A stretch of 64,000 bases of DNA, from contig OX597816.1 in the NCBI GenBank assembly GCA_951406725.2, positions 41,726,001 to 41,790,000 on the forward strand. The letters run 5' to 3'. The notes under the pieces are model-generated. The model ran no database searches. It was not told the DNA's origin and saw only the letters and a list, made by a program, of their open reading frames with translations. Position 1 is the stretch's first letter. Each line of letters starts with the position of its first letter. A program made the translations under genes and the position numbers. Below are positions 54,901 to 64,000 of the stretch, in pieces. Source of the DNA: Octopus vulgaris. Lineage: Eukaryota.

Positions 54901-55204
54901 CATCGGAACAGAGACCTGGGAGACAATTGCTGCCAACCGCTCATCCTGGCGCAGCGCAATCACCGTGGGAGCAGGGACAGCCGAGGAGGGACGGATTCGG
55001 TCAGCGGAGCAGAAACGTCAGATGCGTAAAGCTAGAGCCGCCTGCACCAGTAGCACGGCCCCTACCCACTTCTGCCCCACCTGTGGGAGGGACTTCCTTG
55101 CCCGGATTGGCCTCACCAGCCACCTCAGGTCTCATGGCGGCAGTTCCATCAGATGATGTCAGTTGGTCATCTTCGAACCGAAGGACGAACATTATTATTA
55201 TTAT
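54901..55204 (+). mobile_element. RTE-clade LINE 3' end, 5'-truncated
   Basis: WETIAANRSSWRSAI...EQKRQMRK...HFCPTCGRDFLARIGLTSHLRSH C2H2 terminus, short 3' UTR, (ATT)n tail; GC-rich island. Confidence 0.85.
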
Positions 55205-56570
55205 ATGGTATGCATATTATATTGATGCGTACTTTTCTGAGTTTCATTCAATTCCCGTAACATCGGATACAAATTTCTTACATTCATGTTTTTGACATAA
55301 TTATAACTAATAGCTCCACATGTAGGTTACGGGATACCTTTAGATGACCTTCACAGTAAAAAGGGTTTGTTAAATGGTATTTCCAATTAATATCTACAAG
55401 TTGTTTTCAACGTATTTTATCCGGCGGGCCTATACAACCTATAAAAACGTTAGAGGTTTTGCATATAACATAAAGTGGGTTAGAATACATGCTAGAAATT
55501 CAATGTGTTCACTCAAATCAATAGATGTACCTCTATACATGATTGTTTCAAATTTAAGAGGACCACATGAATACTTTTAGCTACAACGTTTTCGGTACGT
55601 TGAATTTCACAGTCTATACAGATGGAATGGAGGCACAGAGTGAAAACAACAGACATGTTTGAATATCATTATATTTCTTCCTTTTTTAATTTACTACAAT
55701 ATTGCTGGGGTTCGTTTTAGCCAATGTGTGTAGGGAAAGGTCCCTTATATAAGAGTACACTTTACAATATTAATGGTTTGCTGCGAGTACATACCTTAAA
55801 TGTTTTTTTTTCATGCATACTTAATTATAAAGGCAATATCTCTCCCATATGTATTTGAGTATCATCCCTGTACAAAATCATGCCCATCCTCAATCACTCG
55901 TGCGTGAAAAGGTGCCGTAGCATGACTTAGTTAATGTTTTACCTAAACACATGAGTAAAATTACTCAAGAGAAAATTGTAAATATATAACCAAAAATAAT
56001 TAATTGTATAAAAATATAAATAGAGAAGCAAATAGTTAAACTCGAACCCCACCAACTGACCGACTAAGCATACAGAACTCAATAAAAATTTCCTATGTAC
56101 AATCTTAAGAAATGCACATATCACACCACTGAAATACATCATACAACCAAACGAATGGTGCAGAAAAAAGCTAACAAATGAACAGGCACAAGCATTAGAA
56201 CACATACGTACCAATGCATGACAACCAGTTTTTAAATAGAGAGTGTAGAACGCTGTTAGAGAGAGAGAGAGAGAGGGAGGGGAGAGAGAACGGGAGATAG
56301 ACGAAAGGAGAGAGACGTAAGGGGAGAGAGAGACAGAGAGAGAAAAATGTGTGAAAGTGAGAAAGACAGTGAGAGTAAACTTGAGAGAGAAACACAGAGG
56401 GAGAGAGAAAGAGAGAGAGAGAGTAAAAGTGAGAAAGACAAAGGCTGAGCGAAACAGAGAAACGTTATTTTACATATATTTTCAGTTTTCATCTTTGAAT
56501 ATATTTATCCTACCCATGTCCATAGCCATCTTTATATCTATCCATTTAACTGCATCTAATTCGTTTTTTT

Positions 56571-56793
56571 CGGCAGAATCGTTAGCACGCCGGGCGAAAT
56601 GCGTAGCCGTATTTCGTCTGCCGTTACATTCTGAGTTCAAATTCCGCCGAGGTCAACTTTGCCTTTCATCCTTTCGGGGTCGATAAATTAAGTACCAGTT
56701 ACGCACTGGGGTCGATGTAATCGACTTAATCCGTGTGTCTGTCCCTGTCCGTCCCCTCTGTGTTTAGCCCCTTGTGGGTAGTAAAGAAATAGG
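56571..56793 (+). mobile_element. SINE family B
   Basis: ggcagaatcgttagcacgccgggcgaaatg...gagttcaaattccgccgaggtcaactttgcctttcatcctttcggggtcgataaattaagtaccag. Confidence 0.92.
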
Positions 56794-57569
56794 TATGCAT
56801 ATCCGTTGCTTTCACTGTTTCAAAATATAGTATTTATTCATCAGCGCATAGAGTACAATTTTTACTGTCGCCTGTTATTAAACATTATTTGCTCGATTTT
56901 CTTAGTTTGATTCTGCTTACCATGTTCTCTTACCTCAGGGTGTGGCTTGGTTGACGGCGTGTGTTGCTAGATCCCATGACACCTGGTCACGGCACATGAT
57001 GAGATTTGTCGCTGAGAGGGGACTCACTGGCATTCTACACATGGAGTTTCATGGGAACACCCGAAAAATGTTGAATGCAGTAATACGCTGCTAAGGCGCA
57101 AGCAGCCAGAGAAGTTGTTTATCGGTATTAATTTTTTAACACATGTTTATATTATCATATAAAGCATTAACATGGTTGTATCATCACGTCTAATTCTTTT
57201 CCTTCATCAAGCGAGGCAATTTTTGATTATATATATCTTTGGGGGTAGTTACCCAAGTTCTGTTTAATAAATCGGTGTTTTAACATTTCTTGAACGGTGC
57301 AGTGAAAAAGTATTGGGGTTTCTACGGAACGTATTTCTTCATATATGATTGTGTGATGTGATATTTGTTTGCACTCGTTGTGTCGCTGTAACTTAATTAC
57401 ATTTAGCAGTTTCGGTGGTGAGGTGATTTTCGACGAAGCCGAGAACATATGAAATGTATTGAATTTCCAAAAACAAGTCCAATAATGCGAAGATGATAGT
57501 TTTATGATTTTACAAACTGCGTTTTAAGGAATCTTCTGCAACATATTTTATTATTTGACCTAACACTAA

Positions 57570-57760
57570 GGCGGCGAGGTGGCAGAATCGTTAGCATTCC
57601 GGGCAAAATGCTTAGCAGTATTCCATCTGTTTTTACTTTCTGAGTTCAAATTCCACCGAGGCCGACTTTGCCTTTCATCTTTTCGAGGATCGATAAATTA
57701 AATACCAGTTATGTACTAGGGTCGATGTAATAAACTAACTCCCTCCCACCAAATTTCATA
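57570..57760 (+). mobile_element. SINE family B
   Basis: ggcggcgaggtggcagaatcgttagc head and Meta-like body. Confidence 0.88.
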
Positions 57761-58689
57761 TGTAGTTAAGCTTCTATTTGTGTTTATATTAAGATATTAA
57801 GGTGTGTGTATATTAGAACTATTACTGAGAGTGATATATGAGCGATTTACCACGTTGAGATTTGTCCTTATATTACATATAGACATAAAGCGATAGTGGT
57901 GGGATACTTAACCCTATTAATTGATAATCACCATCACGATATGGACCGAAATATACCGAAGTGAATAGTGGCGTCATTAAAACTAATATTTATAGTCAAA
58001 TGAAATTACAAAACTAATCTACACCCGATTGAACGAATTAAGTACCACAGTGGGGATAGCGATTCCACTAAATGACTTCAACCAGACTGAGTGTTTGTCA
58101 GAAATGTTTTAAACGCGAGCATTAATTCAATAACTGTGCCATCGATATTATTGCCGATATATAGTGATTTATATAGAAAAGAAATGAAGGTAGAAATGTG
58201 GAATTTCAGTACGTCAGTTTTGGTATTGTCTGCGATATAATATGCATCATATTTTAGATTCACCGAGAACTGGTAGCGCTTATACGGTGGCTGAAGTAAG
58301 GCAATTACGGAGGGGTAGATTACAGACTAGGTAAGTGGCGCTTCGAGCTGATCTGGTTGTATATACACCATTTATCAACATATGACATATATTCTCCGTG
58401 ACAAAACGCTGTGAATAGCTTGTTCCCCGGTTTGAACGTCCATCAAGTAATTTACGGACTGATAATAACATTGGAATTTTACTTATCACTGTTTAGTGCT
58501 CCCCCTCCATAAGATACTCTCTATAGATTTACGAACACAAAAGTGGTTCCAGTCTCCAGAAGATTACGATTGAAAATTACTAGAGCGGTAAACTTCACAA
58601 TAGCTATTGCTATGGAATTTACTATTAAAAGTGACATTGGCAGGAACGGACCAAAATGAATATTCTCCATCAATATCAATCAATACTAA

Positions 58690-59088
58690 GGCGACGAGCT
58701 GGCAGAAACGTTAGCAGGCCGGGTGAAATGCTTTCCGGTATTTCGTCTGCCGCTACGTTCTGAGTTCAAATTCCGCCGAGGTCAACTTTGCCTTTCATCC
58801 TTTCGGGGTCGATTAAATAAAGTACCAGTTACACACTAGGGTCAATTTAATCGACTCAATCCGTTTGTCTGTCCTTGTTTGTCCTCTCTGTGTGTAGCCC
58901 CTTGTGGGTAGTAAAGAAATAGGTATTTCGTCTCTCTTTACGTTCTGAGTTCAAATTCCGGCAAAGTCGATTTTGCCTTTCATCGTTTCGGGGGTGATAT
59001 ATAAAATACCAGTTGCGTACTGGGATCGATCTAATCGATTGTTCACTCCCCCAAAATGTCGGGCCTTGTTCCTAGAGTAGAAAATAAT
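58690..59088 (+). mobile_element. SINE family B, dimeric (head-body-tail1-body-tail2)
   Basis: The body gtatttcgtct...gagttcaaattcc...gcctttcatc occurs twice (58738 and 58923) with different tails. Confidence 0.88.
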
Positions 59089-59506
59089 ATTAGCCAATGC
59101 TACAGAGAGAAGCATTTCATGAACCCGGCTGTAGGTATAAATGAAATTGAGATTAACCCATGTGCGAATTTCTAAATGGAGTCAGTAAATAGGTTCATAA
59201 TTTCAAACATGCTACCGATAAGAGTAAATATTTACTAAAGAAAAGGAAGATTGAAACGTATTGAAATAAATACGCTTATTATTGGGATTAATACATACGC
59301 GTTTCTATGTATGTTTGCTTTTGTATGTACGTAACTATATATAATTTTCTTCTTGTTTGCTCGAGGCCCGATTATCTGCGTCTTTCGAAAGGGAAACCCG
59401 TCAGTCTTATCATTGACGGTGCGGAACTGAGTGTTGCCCTATGTTTCTTATAAGTATACGTTTTTTATCAGTCGTTTTCTACAATAAAGTTTTATTAGCA
59501 CACGCA

Positions 59507-59570
<64 letters not shown>

Positions 59571-59693
59571 AGTTATTTTATCAGCATTTTCTTCATTTCC
59601 TTTTATATATATATATATATATACACACACATACATGTATATAATATATATATACACATACATACATATATATATATGTACCTACAAACTTAG

Positions 59694-59727
<34 letters not shown>

Positions 59728-59915
59728 TAAATATTGGGGAATAAATCCAAATTTACAGGGAAAAATCAGATTTAGGATTGAATCCAATTTTATAGTAAAA
59801 TATTATATTATATTAAATTAGAGACAAAACCACTATTATGCAAATCACACAAAGAAAGTCTTTCTTTGTTTGATTTGCATAATAGTGGTTTTGTCTCTAA
59901 GTTAATATAATATAT
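59728..59915. mobile_element. PLE-like tail fragment folded into a ~55-bp-arm hairpin, in (TA)n
   Basis: Homologous to 32598-32730; inverted repeat centred near 59859. Confidence 0.8.
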
Positions 59916-59979
59916 ATACATATATATATATATACATATATATATACATACATACATATATATATATACATATATATAT

Positions 59980-60066
<87 letters not shown>

Positions 60067-60068
60067 TG

Positions 60069-60130
<62 letters not shown>

Positions 60131-60181
60131 TATATGTATATATGTAGAAATAAATACATATGAGTGGACATGTGTTTTAAT

Positions 60182-60615
60182 ATTCTTTTAAATGTTTCAG
60201 TCATTAGACACGGACCATGCTGAGGCACATCTTTGATGAAATTTTAGTCGAAAAATAGATTCAGTGCTTATTTTCTTAAGCCTTATACTTACTATATCTG
60301 TCTCCTTTGCCGAACTTCTTACTAACGGACAGGAAAATACACAAACAGCTGTTGTCAAACGAAGGGTAGGGACTACTGCACGCACGCACGCACGCAGAGA
60401 GACAGACACAGACACACCCACCCACGCACACACGTGTGTGTATGTATCTGTGTGTGTTTGTGTGAGTGTATATGTCGGGCTTCTTTCAGTTTCCCACTAC
60501 CAGATCCAAATGGTTGGTCGGCCCTAGGCTATAATGGAAGCCATTTTCCTCGGGCGCCAAGCATTGGAACAGATCACAGAACAATAGTGTTGAGAAGCAA
60601 ACGTCTTACCACCGA
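60182..60615 (-). mobile_element. SINE family A, degraded
   Basis: tgtttcagtcattagac...cgggcttctttcagtttcc...cttaccac. Confidence 0.75.
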
Positions 60616-60856
60616 ACAATTCTTGCTCTGTATACAAAGGTATCACAAAAACATAATCAGTATTAAGTACTTTATAAAATGTATACATGTAAAATGACAT
60701 AGGCAGGCATTTATAAGCTCAACAAACTGTTTTAACATGTGTGTATGCATGTATTTATGATCATATATGTATTATGTGTATATATATATTTATTTCTACA
60801 CACGCACGCACACAAACACACACATACACACACACACATATATATATATAATCAAA

Positions 60857-61087
60857 GGCGGCGAGCTGGTAGAAACGTTAGCACGCCGGGCGAAATTCGT
60901 AGCCGTATTTCGTCTGTCGTTGCGTTCCGAGTTCAAATTCCGCCGAGGTCGACTTTGCCTTTCATTCTTTCGGGGTCGATAAATGAAGTACCAGTTACGC
61001 ACTGGGGTCGATGTAATCGATTTAATCCCTTTGTCTGTCCTTGTTTGTCCCCTCTGTGTTTAGCCCCTTGTGGGTAGTAAAGAAATA
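60857..61087 (+). mobile_element. SINE family B
   Basis: ggcggcgagctggtagaaacgttagcacgccgggcg...gccccttgtgggtagtaaagaaat. Confidence 0.92.
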
Positions 61088-61178
61088 TATATATATAATC
61101 AAAATATGCAACAAGGATATCCAGAGGTAATGCAGTACCAGCGTTTCATTCGACTCCATTTAATTGAACAATGCAAAC

Positions 61179-61248
<70 letters not shown>

Positions 61249-61491
61249 ATGTGTGTGTGTGTGTGTGTGTATAAGCTCAACATAAATTACACTCACATTT
61301 GCAAATATACATATATACCAATCGTTAGTACAGGCAAGAGTTCATTTATCTATTTTCTATATACAGAGTGACCGCACAGAAAGCCTGCTCTAATTCTGCC
61401 CCTATAACATTTGTCTCACACACATTTTGCCGCAGTTTTGGGGATACATGTCCACAAACCCATACATATATATATATATATATATATATAG

Positions 61492-61779
61492 ACAAAACAA
61501 TACGAGATAATCCACTATGTAGACGCTCTAACGCTAGATATAGATCCGCAAAGAGAATCCACAACCAAGGAATTGTTCTCAATTAATTCTTGAGAACAAT
61601 TCCTTGGTGGTGGATTCTCTTTGTGGATCTATATCTAGTGTTAGAGCGTCTACATAGTGGGTTCTCTCTTATTGTTTTGTATTGATAATATTTACTGATT
61701 CTCAGTCTTTTATACGCTAGGCCACTTGGTGTTTAAATTGATGTTATTAATTAATATTCAATTTGTTCACCCTTATTTT

Positions 61780-61783
<4 letters not shown>
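61492..61783. repeat. 91-bp-arm inverted repeat plus unique tail, inserted in (TA)n
   Basis: Arms 61492-61582 and 61590-61680, 7-nt spacer, few mismatches. Confidence 0.9.
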
Positions 61784-61828
<45 letters not shown>

Positions 61829-62129
61829 TAGAGATAGAGAGAAAGATACATACATACATGCATACACATATGTTAAAACAGCTTGGTTTTCACGTTTCTT
61901 TATTATAGTATTTTACAAAATTAGCGCTTTCATACATAATGTATTCATTAGATTTCAAATGCGTTTAGTGCCTCTTAGAATGCTCCAACCAGCTGAATTT
62001 TTAGAATACCTCTTTTAGCAATCCTCATGTTCTTAAGTATCACGGTTTTCCAGGCGTACCGATATTCTGTAACTTCAGTTAATCCTCATAATTAACTGGT
62101 TGTCATATTGTTGCTGTTACTTTCGTTCA

Positions 62130-62500
62130 GAAATGTTTTGAACATTTTGCTGAGCCGTTTTTTTTTATTATCATTCATCAAACATCACTTCTGTCATCAT
62201 AGTTTGTGGAAAGGAAACCTTAGAAACGTTTTCTGACCAGATATTTCAATATGTTTGTTGAGTGAAATTTGGCGAACATTGACGTTCCCTATTTGTTGTA
62301 TTTGGTCCCGTGAGCTTTCCGATTATGTATTCCTCCCTCTCTCGCCTATATGGAATTCCCCGCAATTCGGGCATTTAAGGCAGTATAAAAAATTTCTGCT
62401 TTTGCAGTTCATATCTACATCTGCGAAAATCTGTCCAGTTTTTTTTTCCACATCTATTATCATTACACTTGGATACTCTGAATGTGTTATGCCGTTTAAA
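62130..62500 (-). pseudogene. Penelope-like GIY-YIG endonuclease remnant
   Basis: MNCKSRNFLYCLKCPNCGEFHIGERG (PLE motif C-x-S-x-N-x-I-Y-C...Y-I-G-E-T). Confidence 0.75.
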
Positions 62501-62550
<50 letters not shown>

Positions 62551-62552
<2 letters not shown>

Positions 62553-62735
62553 CTCTTTACTATTTTACTCTTTTACTTGTTTCAACTATTTGACTCTGGC
62601 CATGCTGGAGCAGCGTCTTGAGTCGAGCAAATCGACCCCAGTACTTATTCTATGGATCTCTTTTGTCGAACCGCTAAGATACGGGGACGTAAACACACCA
62701 GAATCGGTTGTCAACCGATGTTGCGGGGACAATTC
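62551..62735 (-). mobile_element. SINE family A, 3' part
   Basis: tactcttttacttgtttc...gaaccgctaagatacggggacgtaaacacacca. Confidence 0.8.
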
Positions 62736-63157
62736 ATGTTACATGAATTCTCACAGAAAAACCTACACAGGAAACTGAACCCATGTGCCAACTGGAAAAG
62801 CAACGGAATGTATGCACACATTCTGAAACAGAAAACGAATTATATCAGTAGATAACGAGAATGGCGGTCTAGAAATCTCAAGCATAATGAAGTCATATGA
62901 AAAATACTGCTAAATGAAACATAAGAAGTTGTATCATTACTATTTGAAATATATTCACGAGTTAGATTTTGCAACAAACTGCGTATTCATTGCAGAGCAT
63001 CTCATAATTAGTATTCATAATGTATATGTGTTTGTGTGTATTTGTTCGTGTGTGCGTGCGCGTATGTGTGTATAAATATATGTTATGTTTATATACATAC
63101 ATGTACATATACATCTATACACATACATACATATATGTATGTATATATATATATGTA

Positions 63158-63204
<47 letters not shown>

Positions 63205-63638
63205 ATATGTATAAATATTTATATATGTATATATGTAAAGATATATATGTGCATTTTTATGTATATATATATATGTACATATATATATATATACATATAC
63301 ATATATACATATATATGTGCAGAGAAAGAGAGAGAATGAGAACTGTTGCAATTATTTCTATAAATATCTATTTCTACAGGAAGACAGAATAATTTCTAAA
63401 CACCATTCAGCCGTCTCTCTCCTGCTAATAGCGAGAAACTATAAGCTATTTGCTACATACACATTCGTAAATAGATTTGCGATGAATTATGTAAACTTGT
63501 TTTATTAATTATTCCTTAGCCATCATAGTATAGTTTATATTGGAACATGAAACACGCGTGTTGTAGTTGATATTACAAATACAAATATAATTGGACATAT
63601 CTCAATTCAGAGTAAGATTTAAAAAAAAGTGAATACAT

Positions 63639-63996
63639 CACAATGTCTAAAATATAAAAGTTTTAAACTATATAGCAACATAAGTGAACCAATTAGGATT
63701 ACAACTCATAAAATATTTCAAGAACACATATAAATAAATTTGAGGAAAATATCAGCCTAAAGCTTTGCTTTTGCCACATTATAACAGATTTTGACTTGCA
63801 AAGAAGTGAGTAAAATCAAAGAATTAAAGATGGCTGCCGAAGACACACCGTTAGATTAACTGAGGAGTGATGTTTAAAAGCCTTACTATTATAAATTCAG
63901 AAACAGTTCTCTAGCGAGAACTTTGTATAACTCACAATGTTTAAAATCTATAAGTTTTAAACCATATAGCAACATAAGTGAAGCAATTAGGATTAA
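63639..63996 (+). repeat. ~63-bp direct repeat, ~294 bp apart
   Basis: cacaatgt.taaaat...agttttaaac.atatagcaacataagtgaa.caattaggatta at 63639 and 63933. Confidence 0.8.
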
Positions 63997-64000
63997 GAAA

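Noticed and set aside
54965-55156. Host C2H2 zinc-finger gene exon
   Set aside because: Context (W-x-x-x-A-x-x-R-x-x-W, short UTR, ATT tail) is the RTE LINE C-terminus
57790-58680. Coding-like unique sequence
   Set aside because: Stops in all frames and no family recognised

Overview
AT-rich, microsatellite-dense eukaryotic DNA. The SINE families and repeat landscape suggest an octopus/coleoid genome (inference). No intact protein-coding gene is recognisable, and almost all listed ORFs are microsatellite or TE artefacts. The window is a transposon graveyard: two tRNA-derived SINE families (about 18 copies), two non-autonomous Helitrons, R4/Dong-like and RTE LINE fragments, several decayed mariner/Tc1 and hAT remnants, and many Penelope-like (PLE) fragments inserted in (TA)n. 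The most striking signal is RNA-level: about 14 minimal type-I hammerhead ribozyme motifs (CUGANGA...GAAA-palindrome-UH) from several families. These include a young tandem array of 566-bp units, each carrying a hammerhead motif (36401-39230, retrozyme/PLE-pLTR-like), and a tRNA-headed SINE-like element that ends in a hammerhead (6141-6645). A chain of short plus-strand exon candidates may mark a spliced lncRNA or 5' UTR crossing the window (weak).
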